DNA of 63,814 bases, filler included, from Folioceros fuciformis (GCA_049999805.1; 4 parts of 4 records of this genome joined end to end with filler, not necessarily neighbours in it); one strand, 5' to 3'; positions 36,153 through 48,300 are shown, counted from the whole stretch's first letter. The notes: generated by a model from the letters alone, not told the origin. A program made the numbers and translations.

Positions 36153-37607
36153 TTGCCTAGGCCAAGAAGTGAGACAAACTCTGTACAAGTTGGGAGAGGT
36201 GAAAAGAGGGTAATGAAGGATAAAAGTTCACACAAAAGATTTAAGAAAAAGGTTGAGCAGTCAAAGATGAAGAGTAAAGGAGCAAACACTAAGAGTCTGG
36301 GGGGGAGCTATATTTCAGGCAGTGTGCTGGATGAGGAAGGAGGGAATCCGCATAGAGCGAGTGTTTTAAATAAAGACGTAGAGGGAGAAATTGGAAATGT
36401 AGATCTTAATAGGAACATTGACAAAATACATAAAACATCTGTGGGAGTAGAAGCAAGGGAAGAAAGATTACAACTGTCAGATGAAGAGTGGAGGCGTAGG
36501 TGCAAAGAAAGAGGGTTTGTGATTAGAGACAAAGAACTTGTCATGGACGTACAGAACCGGACTATGGAGCCTATGGAAGTACAAAGACAGCCAAAAGAAG
36601 TGAATGATGTGAGAACGTTGGTGAGAAGAACAGACAATCAAATGTTAAGCTTGTCAACTGAAAAGGTTTTTGGGATGGAAAGAAAAGGTAGAGGGGGAGT
36701 GGTACTGCCTGCAAAGAGTGAGAAGTATTCTGGGCATCCCAAGTCATCAGTATCCATTAGCCAGTTAATGTGTATGTTTCATATGATTAAGTTACAGGAG
36801 TGTGGAGGTGAGGATGTTGAGTTGGATCTTATATATGAATTTACTTTGTTAGGGAATTTGTTATGTGGAGATTCTTACAAGTTTTATTTGAAGAGTTTCA
36901 TGGATTTGGTAGTGTCCAATAAACATGTTGAGCCAGTGAATGAATTCTTCATTCGATTGGAGATGAGGTTTCCATCTGTTAATGCCATGAAGATAGAAGA
37001 GTTGGCAAATTTAAAAAGGAAGCTGGATGAGATAGCACTTATGTTTTTCAATCGTACTAGTCAGCTGGTAACAGATACAGGAATGAACAACGAGATGGAA
37101 GTTTGTTTTAAGTATATTTGTAATTTGGATGAGGATATTAAGGAAGATGTGTTTAGAGAATTGACAGCATTGTATGGTAAAACATACACACTAGAACAGG
37201 TATTTTCAATTGTAGAAAAGCATGAGTAGGCAAGAGCATTGCTAAAGGCCATGGGAAGAAAGGTTGGAGCGGATAGGAAGGGAGGTGTATTTTCAGCGAC
37301 AGTTCACCAACATAATTTTTTGCCTAAATGGAGACTGACTCGATAGCAGCAACCAAACATGTCAAGAATGGACAACAGGTACATGAAACCTGTCTTGAAT
37401 GTAGAGACAAAAAAAGGGATAACGTGCTTGTGTTGTGGGAGTAGTTCTCATGTGATGATGGAGTGTTCAAATAAGAGGGTTGTAGGTTGTAATCATTATG
37501 GAAAGAAAGGACATTTGGAGAGAGTTTGTTGGCAGAAGTATCCTTCTCTCAAGCCTACAAAGTTTGGTTTTAAGGGGCATGGTGTTAAGAATGTGAGACA
37601 AGTGTAG
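36153..37607 (+). pseudogene. Gypsy gag with two CX2CX4HX4C zinc knuckles (second one degenerate)
   Basis: CLCCGSSSHVMMEC and CNHYGKKGHLERVC at about 37425-37530; capsid-like helical region before; in-frame stops. Confidence 0.75.
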
Positions 37608-37868
37608 AGGGCTGAAGAAAATAAATTTGGAGGAGCTAGTGAAGATAGTTTAGGTCGGATGGGCAAATCTTACAAATCGTTAGAGTTGCAGATAGCAAAC
37701 TTGAACGCTGAGAATGATAGGTTGAAGGCAGCTGGTGGACCGAATGGCGGAGTTTAAATCAAGGAAGTTAGGACAATGGAAAAAAAGAAGGATTTGGGTG
37801 AGAAGGAGAAAGCTTAAAAGGAATTTCAGCTGGATGCATTTGTTTGTGAAGTAGACAGGGGAGATGCA

Positions 37869-38924
37869 TTGGAAGTAGAGGTTGCTCAGAAAAGATACAA
37901 CACAAGGCTGGAAGGTCAGCATAAGGACCATGGAAAATCGACGGTGTCAGGTTGGAAATATCTGCAGTCATTTGAAGTATTAGATGTGGATATGAAAGAT
38001 TTTGGTGAGAAGATGCATGGCAGAGTGGTAAAGGTGTTGAAACAACAAGTGAATAAGAGAATGCACGTGTCTCAAAATGATGTGATTGGTTGTATTCGAA
38101 GTATGTTAGAGTTGGGCATCAAGGTGGGGGTGAGCGAGGCAAAAGTCCAAGAACTTTTACAGGACGTGATAGTAGAGTGTCCTAATGCAAATGAGAAGTT
38201 AAGCAAAATAATTTTATTTTGTCTCAATGGTAATATGCGTAATAATGGAGATAGAGCAAAAGTTAGACCAGGAATTTCATTTCTGGACAATGGTGGGTGT
38301 GAAGTTTTGATAAAAGGTTTTGCGCCTGAAAAGGTATTGATAGATTCAAGAGCGCAACCTACATTGATCCATTTCAGCACAGCATATGCTATGGGATTGA
38401 GAAAGGAAGATATACAGGAGACAAAATGGAAGATTAGGATGGCCAATGGAGGTCTGGAGATAGTGATGGGGGAAACTAAAGAGAAATTTCAGTTGTGTTT
38501 TAAGTGTGGGATAGAACAAGAGACGATGATTGATAAGAAATGTTTGATTGTTGAATATGGAAATTTTGATGTTATTTTAGGGACAAAGGCTTTATTTATG
38601 CATGGAGGAGGAGTGGACTTATGGACAAAGGAGTTTTACTATCGTCTAGGGTGGCTACAAGGTGAAGAAACAAGAGTAGCAACAATTCCACTTAAGTTGC
38701 AATTACAGGAGGACATGCAGGATGCGTGTGTAGTAAATATGACGACTTCTTGGGATGAGCAGGAGGAAGAAGATGAAGATGATAAGTTGTGGATGGAACG
38801 TCATATGGATAAGTTATGTTTAAAGGAATGTAGTCATAACATAGTGGAAGAAATTGCAATGAGAGAAAATGTTGGTAGAGCATTAGCTGAAATTTTTAGA
38901 GAGCTTAAAAAACGACAAAACTGA
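37869..38924 (+). pseudogene. Gypsy aspartic protease region
   Basis: VLIDSRAQPTLI (degenerate DSG), IRMANGG flap, FDVILG. Confidence 0.8.
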
Positions 38925-39024
38925 GTTTTAGCTGGATGATAAAATTCAGCTTTGTACAAAGGAAGCAGTTTGTAAACTTGAACTTGTGTGTAATAAACTT
39001 GTGACATTGAGTTTGTCTAAGTAT

Positions 39025-40010
39025 GGATTGGTAGTGGTTGAGTTGTTTGCTAGGATTGCATCTAGTCTGGAGGCTGTGTTGGCTGCTTGGTATGTGATTA
39101 GACGTTACATTTATTGTGATCCAGATGAAGTTTGTCACGCAATTGCAAAGTCTAGGGTATTTAAGTTATGCAAAAAGTATCCTGAATAGTTAAAGGTTGA
39201 AGCTGTGAAGCAAGCATTTTCTGTCTGGCCGCAAGATGTTAGGCTTATTGGATTGGTACAATTTCAAATGGAGGAAGAAGTTGATTTGATAATAGCTGGC
39301 TGGGAATGTCAAGGGCATTCAATGGCGGGCAAGGGAAAAGGCTTGTTGGATTATAGGTCATTGTTATTTTATGAGCTAATTAGGATTTTGAATTGGGTGC
39401 AAAGACATTAGAAGGAAGAATGTGGTTTTTTGATTGAGAATGTGGATTCGCAAATGGATAGTGAACCTTAAACCCTAAACCCGAGATGGATTGAAGAGTG
39501 GTGTTGAGGCGGAGTTTTGAGGAGATCAAGTATTATTTGGGTGAACCTATAAAGTTGGATATGGTGCAGTTTGGATCTAGGGCTCATAGGCATCGTTGTT
39601 TTTGGAATAATATGATGCCTAGGCATTTGTTGCAAATGCTTGTGAGTCAGTGGCGAAGGGATGATAATTTAATAGTTGATCAGATATTAGATGAGGGGCG
39701 AGTGAGTAGGCAGGTGATTTCAGATGATAGACAGCCCTTTTATTGTGTAAATAAGAAGGGGGAGCTCAAGAGGGTGTTACCGACGTTTGTAAGTTTTGAG
39801 GGCGCCAAGGCATTTAAAGGGGAAGGACTTGGGATGATATTTGATACGAAGAGGAAGGTGTGGGATGTACCATCTCCCATGGAGAGAGAAAGGGCGATGG
39901 GTTTTGATACAAATACTACTCAAGTGGAGGGCATAACATTTGAGCAGAGCAATAAAAAACTCGGACAAGCTATGGATTTGAATACAATTAGATGGCTCAT
40001 GATGTCTATA
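39025..40010 (+). pseudogene. C5-cytosine DNA methyltransferase domain within pol
   Basis: Motifs in canonical order: I VELFARI (39037), IV DLIIAGWECQGHSMAG (Cys at 39307), VI FLIENV (39436), VIII GSRAHRHRCFW, IX ERERAMGF, X KLGQAMD; stops at 39187 and 39409, frameshift near 39470. Confidence 0.88.
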
Positions 40011-40379
40011 AAATTTTATCATGAATGGAAGAGAAAATGGAAAGTTATTTTAGGCAGAAGGTTGGAAGAAAGTAAGCTGGGTGAAGTAAGAAGAGATGAA
40101 GACCTACACGCTAGGGGGGAGACTAAGAGGATGAGAGAGCATGATGAAGTTTTCGGTGATGACTGTAAGCAGAGCAAATAGATGAGACATGAGGCAGAGG
40201 TTGTAGATGAAGAAAGAAAAACTGGGAATGTGGCTAGCTCAAGCTGGGAGTTTAACGTTTAACAGGAGTGTACGAGTTTTCAATGGGATATTTCCGATGA
40301 GGTAACTTTGGAAGATAGGAAGGATTTTGTAAGGATTTTGGAAGCTAGTAGGCAGGTATTTGCTTTTTCCAATAAGGAA

Positions 40380-41400
40380 ATTAGGCAGGCACAAGACGTT
40401 TAAGTTTAAGATTCGACTTAAAACGCTGAACCGGTTTTTAGAAGGCCATATCGTTTGAGTACATTGGAGAATGAGATTGTAGACAAGAAATGTCAAGAGT
40501 TACTTGAAGCTAGATTGATAAGACCCTCGGAGTCAGAGTATGCAGCAGCTACGGTGCTTCCACCAAAAAAGAATGTGCATGGTAATTGGACTGAAAAGAG
40601 GATGTGTGGTGACTATAGGCCGCTTGAGCATAAGGAGCACGTTAGGCGAGTGTTGGAGAGATTGGAAGAGGTCAGTTTGACGTGTCACCCACAAAAGTGC
40701 AGGTTTGGGTCCTCTAAGATAGCATATTTGGGACATTTTATAATGCCTAAGGGTACGACACCATCTGATGTGAAAGTTGAAGCAATAGCAAAGATGATAC
40801 CACCTTCAAATGTGGGAACTTTGCGTTCTTTTTTAGGATTGGTGAATTATTACCGCAATTTTGTGGCAAACCAGAGTGTGGTGGTAAAACCAATGACAAT
40901 GTTGTTAAAGAAAGATGCAGTGTGAGTTAGGGGAGAAAATCAGCACAGAGCATTTAAGGAGATAAAGGACATTTTGATGAGCAAGCCCTTATTGACAAGA
41001 CCTAATTTTGATAGAAAGTTTAAGTTATATATAGATTGGAGCAAACTTGGTTTGGGGGCAGTGCTAGTGCAAGATGATGAGAATGGAGTAGAACATGTGG
41101 TAGCATATGCAAGCAGGAGTAACAATTCTGCAAAGAGCAATTATTCCTTGTATTATAGGGAATGTTTGGTGGTTGTATGGGCAGACCTTATTTGTATGGG
41201 ACTCAATTTGAGTTGGTGATTGATCATTAGCCTTTGAAGTGGTTGTTGAAGAATGAAAAGTTGAGAGGAAAGTTAGCAAGGTGGGCACTTATTCTGCAGG
41301 AGTATAATTTTTCTATGGAGCATAGGGTGGGTGTGAAGCATGCAAATGCAGATGTATTGTCAAGGAATCCATTAGGGACTTTAGAGGACTCAACAGTTGC
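40380..41400 (+). pseudogene. Gypsy reverse transcriptase (central YxDD segment deleted) and RNase H
   Basis: LIRPSESEYAA, KRMCGDYRPL fused directly to EHKEHVRRVL, KCRFG..IAYLGH, LRSFLGLVNYYRNF, LYIDWSKLGLGAVLVQ, VAYASR, GKLARWALILQEY, HANADVLSR. Confidence 0.9.
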
Positions 41401-41518
41401 CAGGCAGGATTTTGATAACAATGTTGGGATTGACTGGAATTTGGTGGTGTCCAGATAGACACCTCATGCATACTTGGTAAATTTGGTAGAGTTGGGAGTT
41501 TCTTTGGTGTGAGTAGAT

Positions 41519-42961
41519 GTGTGGGAGGATAAGAACACATTAGGGAGAGTGATGATAGGTGGTAATCAGGAATCGCTAACGGTGAAGGAAAATGACAGGG
41601 TGACAAAGCAAAGTAGGAGATATGTATGGGTTGACAATAAGTTGTTGTTGAAAGAGAACATGAGGGTGGTACCAAGACCTGAAGAAAGAATGGGTTTGGC
41701 AAGAAAGATTCATGTAGAATTAGGACATTTTGGTACAAAAAGAACATTAAGTTTGCTCATGAATAGTTATTATTGGAAGGGAATGATGGATGTAGTTGAG
41801 AAGGTAGTGTCTACTTGTGAGGTTTGTGATAGGGTGAAGGCAAGTTTCTCAAGCAAAACTTCTCAACTTCACCTACTACCTATTAGAGGGATGTTTTATA
41901 GGTGAAGTTTGGATTTGGCTGGAGAGTTGCCAGTCACGCAAAGAGGTTTTAAATATGTGTTGGTAATGATAGAACATTTTTCTAAGTGGATAGTTTTGGT
42001 GCCTTTGAGGGGGAAGAAGTCACATGATATTAAGGAAGCATTTCTTAATCATGTGTTGAGTGTTTTCGGGGCTTGTGCACAAATTTTGACAGATTAAGGT
42101 ACTGAATTTATGGGAGAGTTTGACAAATTTTTAAATGAGTACCTTATTGATCATAGGGTAACTTCAAGAAATCATCCGGAGGCTGATGGTTTGGCAAAAA
42201 GAATGGTACAAACATGTAAGAGTGCTTTGAGGAAATATTGTTTGGTAATGGACAAGAATGAGTGGGATAGGATGTTACCATTTCTTGCAATGGGTTATAG
42301 AATGAGCAGGCAAGCATCGCTGGGAAAGTTTTTGCTGTACATGTTGTTGTTTAGACGTAGACCACAAGTATCTAGGATGTTAGAAGACAAAGTGAATGCT
42401 ATAGTGGATTTGGATGATCCTAATAAGTGGTTAAAGATAGTCACACATAGAGTAGAGTTGTTTAGAAAAATATTGCCTATGGCAATGGATAATTTGTTAA
42501 TAGCTCAACATTGGGATGAGTTAAGATACAGGAAAACAAGGAGTGGACATTTCAAGCCCAAAGTGAAAAAGTTTGAAGTTGGAGATTATGTATATTTGCA
42601 ATGGAACACAATGACAACAATTGATACAAGTGCGAGCAGGGTAATATTAAGGGTGAGAAGTGTGAAATTGAATGGAATTTTGGAGTTTGAGGGAAAGGAT
42701 GGTACAACTTGTTTGGAGCACATGAAAAATTGTGCACTATGTCATTTACCTCACTTAAATCCGATAATTGATGTGCAAGCTTTTGTGCCAAGGAAGGGGT
42801 TTGCTTGTACAGGTTGTGGAGATTCTGGAGGTGATCATTGTATGTTGTTGTGTGATAGGTGCAATGATGGGTGGCATAATTTTTGTTTAGAGCCCCCACT
42901 AGAAGCAGTGCCAGCTGGGCAATGGTTTTGCCCAATGTGTGTAGCAGACGATACGTTGTGA
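41519..42961 (+). pseudogene. Gypsy integrase with C-terminal PHD finger (42806-42940)
   Basis: HVELGHFG...CEVC zinc finger, DLAG, IEHFSKW, LTD*GTEF, HPEADG, FEVGDYV; then CTGC-x11-CDRC-x4-H-x2-C...WFCPMC (C4HC3). Confidence 0.9.
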
Positions 42962-43130
42962 AGGGCAGTATGTTCAGCATATATGTATGTTGATGAAAAG
43001 TTTGTTAATCTAGCTTTCCAACGAGAGATGGTTAGCAGATTAAGGGAGGGAGTGAGGAAACATCCAGGAATTATGAGTGTGATCACAGAACTCACATCAA
43101 GGGAGGAGGAGTAGAGATGGGCTACTCCTT

Positions 43131-43473
43131 TCGTCGAACTTGTGTGTAGCAAACCACCAAAGAGTGGCAAGATGACCAGTAGCCTTGATGTGCACGACGG
43201 AGAGGAAGCACTCAAGGGGAGGCATCAAAGTGCACTATCGACAAGAATATACGCGTATACCATATAGGGGCTGGCCACCCCATATACATATGTATGCATG
43301 ATCGTCGATCTCGTGTGTAGCAAACCACCAAAGAGTGGCAAGATGACCAGTAGCCTTGATGTGCACGACGGAGAGGAAGCACTCAAAGAGAGGCATGAAA
43401 GTGCACTGTTGACAAGAATATAGACGTATACCATATAGGGGCTGGCCATCCCCATATACATATGTATGCATGA
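43131..43473. repeat. 171-bp tandem duplication in the 3' UTR of the Gypsy element
   Basis: TCGTCGA..T.GTGTGTAGCAAACCACCAAAGAGTGGCAAGATGACCAG... at 43131 and 43302. Confidence 0.9.
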
Positions 43474-43607
43474 TATATATATAGTATGTATGAGTGTTCA
43501 GAGACGTCTAGGGTTAAGTTCAGATGTTGAGGAGCAAGACCTCTTAAAGCATGACAGCTGCCATGACTTAGAAAGTCTGCTAGAGTTTTGCGTCCGTGAG
43601 AACTTGG

Positions 43608-44745
43608 AACCAAATTGGGATTTGGTTCCAAGGGAATGATTTGTGTTAAATAACACAGGTTTCTTCTAAAAGTCAGTTACTACCTAGGACGGACTTTAAC
43701 TACCTCAGTTCCACTACCTGCTGGTTCAACTACCCCTACCTTTGTCCCTGGACTACCTGATAGACCTACTCGGCTACCGGGGTGGGGGTATCTACAACTA
43801 CGAACCCTTCAACTACCGCGGTAGGGTCTAAACTACTAGTAGCCGCTTCGGCTACCATGTCACCCTTACAACTACTGGTAGCCGCNNNNNNNNNNGTAGC
43901 CGCTTCGGCTACCATGTCACCCTTACAACTACTGGTAGCCGCTTCGGCTACCTTATCCCGTGACTACCCTACGGATGACCTGGCTAATCTGTCACCCCTC
44001 CGGCCAGTACTGCACTCGACTACTTCCGTTCCCCTTCCAGCAACGGTCGCCCGTCCGACTACCCTAGTGGGGTCCTCTTACTCTCTCTCCTCTCTTTCTC
44101 TCTCTTTGCTTTCTTTCTCTAGCCCGAGGAACTTACCTTCCCTCCGATTCCTCCAACCTTAACCCTCGTATCGGGGCTTTCACCTTCATGCACGTTTCCT
44201 CAGGCACACACCTACCCACCCACACGGACTTATAACTCCCCACATACTCCAATTGCACACGGGTACGCCCCGCTGTCAATTCTCAGGCATTACCTCACAG
44301 CATGTAAGCACCTCCATTTCTCACCCCCTTCCGCGCTCCGGACATTCCCCTCCCCCCCCCTCAGTCGCGCATACACGATCTATACCCCATCTTGCAACTG
44401 CCACGAAGAACGCTCGCACAACCCCACAGCGACATCTCAGCTAAACTCTTACTAGGGACTGGCCCACAACCTAGTCGCACTCGGTCACTCATCCATCATA
44501 TTGATTCCCCTCGCATGCTCCAGCGGTCTCCGCTCTACCAGTGCCGCGACTGCCTCTCACAGTACTTTGCTCAGCCCCCCCGCTCTCTCCCGAATCACAC
44601 CAATAGCACTCAACCGCTCGACCCCAATCCCAAAGTTTTTTCTCACTCACGCACTTTACTACACGTCGCCACAATGCACTTACCACCTACTTCCCCACCT
44701 CCTAAGCCACATTGACTTCTCTTTCTCCCACTCGGCGAGGCTCCT
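43608..44745 (+). mobile_element. Fragment of the LTR-type family seen at 27-29 kb, with 39-bp tandem units spanning a small N-gap
   Basis: CCAAGGGAATGATTTGTG..AAATAACACAGGTTTCTTCTA matches 28485-28530; GTAGCCGCTTCGGCTACCATGTCACCCTTACAACTACTG repeats at 43838-43950. Confidence 0.5.
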
Positions 44746-44747
44746 CC

Positions 44748-45102
44748 TCCCGAGTCCACCTTGCTCCCCTTGACCACCTTGTGCACAAATAGGAGCATCT
44801 GGTCGAACAGATAATCTTGCTTGCGAACCTACAGGAAACATAGGAACCACCTGGCCAAACCCATCAGCTGAAGGTTGGTAATGTCGCGGACCAGCAGCCC
44901 ATTGGCTTCCTTCTTGGTGCCTGGTTTGAGTAGCCCTTCGGCCTCCGCTGTGCCACCTCGTTTCTTCAAGGACTTCAGCACCAGTCCCCCCTCCTCTTGC
45001 TGGTAGCGGCTATACACTCGCCTTACCAGCTCTAAATTCCACGCTTGGGGTCTGCCGTGGATTCCCTCTTCTCAGGCAGGCTCCCTCATCCTGAGGGCAC
45101 AC
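44748..45102 (-). pseudogene. Fragment of the TE accessory ORF, homologous to 31142-31888
   Basis: GIHGRPQAWNLELVRRVYSRYQQEEGGLVLKSL...LMGLARWFLCFL*VRKQDYLFDQMLLFVHKVVKG aligns with GIRGNPQDWSVDLVRMVYGRSQEEAGGLVIESL...LMGLARWLLCFLQNRKQDYLSDHMLLFLHEVVKG. Confidence 0.8.
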
Positions 45103-45384
45103 TGTTAAGCATGATTAACGTTGATATTAATTAGTGCTAATCCAGCTTATTGAGTTTGTACTAATTAGTGGTAAGAGTGATTAAGGTTATGATATATATA
45201 TATATATATATATAGCTTATTAGACTTTGCTATGTTGGGCAAAAGAAGTATTGTAGGGTCATTTATCCCATATTGGGCACGAAATGAGAGTGCCACCCAT
45301 AGGTCCATAAAAGAAGGGATGAACCCACTTAGTATATGCAGTCTAACTCCCTCTTCACTTGTATTGTGTTGTTTTTGTAATTCT
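45103..45384. mobile_element. Probable Copia-type LTR fragment running into an assembly gap
   Basis: Abrupt TGTTAAG start interrupting the ORF fragment; AT-rich with a (TA)n run. Confidence 0.45.
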
Positions 45385-48300
45385 NNNNNNNNNNNNNNNN
45401 NNNNNNNNNNNNNNNNNNNNNNNNNNNNTTAATTAATTAANNNNNNNNNNNNNNNNNNNNNNNNNNNNNNNNNNNNNNNNNNNNAGCTCTTCCTTAAGAG
45501 TACCATTCAAGAATGCTGTTTGTACATCCATTTGGTGGACATGCAAATCATGAAGAGCAGCCAAGGCAAGTATGACTCTGAGTGAGGTTAGTTTTACCAC
45601 AGGATTGAATGTTTCAGTATAATCCAGGCCTTCACGTTGGGTGTACCCACGAGCAACTAGACGTGCTCTGTACCGAGCCAGTGAGCCATCTGCTTTGTAT
45701 TTCTTTTTTTAGACCCATTTGCAGCTGATGACATGCTTTCCAGGTGGCAGGTCTACAAGTACCCATGTCTTGTTGAGCAGCAGTGAGTTGTACTCATCAT
45801 CTATAGCTGCCTTCTAGTGTGGGGCTTCAGAACCTGCAAAAGCTTCTTGCACAGTGGATGGGTCTCCAGCTTGAGTTAGGAGAGCATGTGCCATCAATCC
45901 CCGAGAAGATGTAAAAGTTAAGTCATGAAATTTGACAGCAGGGATGCCACGGTTGGATCTAGATGAGTGTCTTCCAAGAGAAGGCATGGATTCAGAGACT
46001 CCCTCCGTAGATACACCTGAAGTTGACAAGTGTGGAGGCTGAGATGAACCAGATGATAAAGATTGATCAATTAGATCTTGGTCAGTGTTTGCCCCCCAGC
46101 CTTCACTAGTGTCAGAGAGGGAAGTCGGTGCATCTTGAAAGTCTTCCTCAGGAAAAACATCGAAACCTGGTGGTAAAGGTAAGTGAAGTGCAGCCTGCTG
46201 ATACGGTGAGAACCATGGCCTCTGCTGTGACGTTGCCACAGGTGGTGTGGGTGGATAGCCAATAGGGGGGGCAGGAGCATTAGGAACAATGGCCTGTTGT
46301 GAAGCTAGGGGGGTAGGTGAGGACGGTGTGGAATCGTCACCATCATCGAAAGAAGCCACCACGCCATGGGAGGGATCAGCAACAGGAGAGGCCACGGAGT
46401 GAGAAGGGGCATCCCAGTGAGAAGTGAGGACGAAATCTTCATCAAAGCGCACACTACGGCTGAGAGTGACACGCCGAGTTTGTCGATCCAGTAACCTGTA
46501 ACCCTTCACACCATGGAGCTCACCGTAACCAATAAAGGTAAGTTGCTTGGACTTGGGATCAAGCTTCTTCCGTTGTTCATCTGGAACATGTTGGTAAGCC
46601 ACACAACCAAAAACTCTAAGATACTGCAAATTGGGTTTATGTCCTGTCCAGATTTCAAAAGGAGTTTTGCCCTGCAACGCAGATGTGCTACATCTATTTT
46701 GAACATAACATGCTGTAGCCACAGCATCTGCCCAAAGGAAATGAGGGAGATTTGCAGCCTGTAGCATACTACGAGCAGAATTCAGCAAGTCTTGGTTCCT
46801 CTTTTCAGCTTTGCCATTCTATTGAGAAGTGTAAGGAGTAGTATGTTGGAGTTGAATCCCAGCTGTAGAGAGGAAGCTCCGAAAATCCCCGGAGGTAAAT
46901 TCACCACCCCCATCAGCTCTGAAAATCTTGATTTTGTGGTTGAGCTGATTTTCCACAAGTGCCTTGAATTGCTGAAAATAATGCAAGGTTTCGAACTTGT
47001 GCCGTAGAAAATATACACTGGTGAAGTGACTGAAGTCATCTAGAAGGACGAACATGTATAATTTGCCAGCCAGGGATTGGGTTTGCATCGGACCACAAAA
47101 ATCAGCATGAATTAATCCTAACAAGGCTGTACTTTTGCTAGTGGAAGCTGAGAACTTATGGACACGGTGCTTCCCTTTAAGACAGCCTTCACAAAGAGGA
47201 AGATCTGTCAACCTGCTAGGAAGACCAACAACCATGTCTAATCTTTGCATCTGTTTGATAGAATTAAGATTCAAGTGAGCCAACCGATGGTGCCACAAAG
47301 TGGTGGTTGCTTGGGCAGGAGCTGTAGAGGCTATAAGGCTAACAACAGAGCCTGACCCTGTAGCAACGGGGAGACCTCTACCAAGAGGATACAACCTCCC
47401 AGATTGGGAACAATCAAAGGAGAATTGCTGACCAGAGGGTGTAACAGAAATAACTTTGCAATGATTATGGAAAAATTGCTTACTGCTGCCGCTGATCTTT
47501 GTAGCCTCATGTACAGAGATGAGATTCTTAGCTAGACCAGGTACATGAAGCACATTATCAACAATGATGTGCTGATGGTGGGGAGAACCAAGCTGTATTT
47601 GAACAGAGCCTACACCAGCAGCAACGTGAGAAGTGTTATCACCCATGAAGACTGGACGAGGTTGGGAGAGGGGTTTATAAGTAAGAAACCACTCCCTTTT
47701 TGGAGTCATGTGCTCCGTGGCACCAGTATCCAGATACCATGTGTCCTGCAGATATTCGTCACTTGTAGAGGTGACAGAGAACAGATGGATAGGAGCTGAG
47801 CAAGCAAGGTTTGCTTGAGAGTTTGAGGAGGAAACGCCAGAGGATTTGTCCCGTTTCTTCTTCCTACTATCAGGAGCAATATGGCCTTTCTTTTGACAAT
47901 AATGACAGATTTTGTCCTTGTGAGCGGGGTTGGATGGAGGAAACCTAGAGGCAGACGGTGGTCTACTAGACGGCTTCTTCCAATGCTTAGAACCCCCAGC
48001 AAAGAGAACAGTAGGACCCTTAGCAGATTGAGTAGGATCTGACCTAAGGACTGCATTATGCATAATCTTCGAGATTAATACTGTCAATATTAATGGATTG
48101 GCAGGTGTATACATACTAGATTGAGTGGATACGAAGGGTTGCCACGAGGGTGGCAAAGACCGCAACAAGTGCATGACTTGTTCTTCTTCATCAATCTTCA
48201 GCCCGGCGGAAAGGGCCTCATCCAAAACACCTTGCCAAGACTCCAAGAAGTCAAGGGGAGAGTCCCCTTCTTGCATGCGGGTGGCTGCAAGTTTGTCCTG

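Larger units (their letters stand above)
32323..43605 (+). mobile_element. Degenerate Ty3/Gypsy LTR retrotransposon: gag - protease - C5 DNA methyltransferase - RT - RNase H - integrase - PHD finger
   Basis: Domain order PR-RT-RH-INT; 47-bp direct repeat 32323-32369 / 43559-43605 (44/47 identical) marks the LTR starts; candidate 5' LTR end CATGACA at 36050-36056; 3' LTR truncated. Confidence 0.85.

Noticed and set aside
45103-45384. LTR fragment as the 3' LTR of the Copia at 45485-49353
   Set aside because: No similarity to that element's 5' LTR (49173-49353), and separated from it by a scaffold gap
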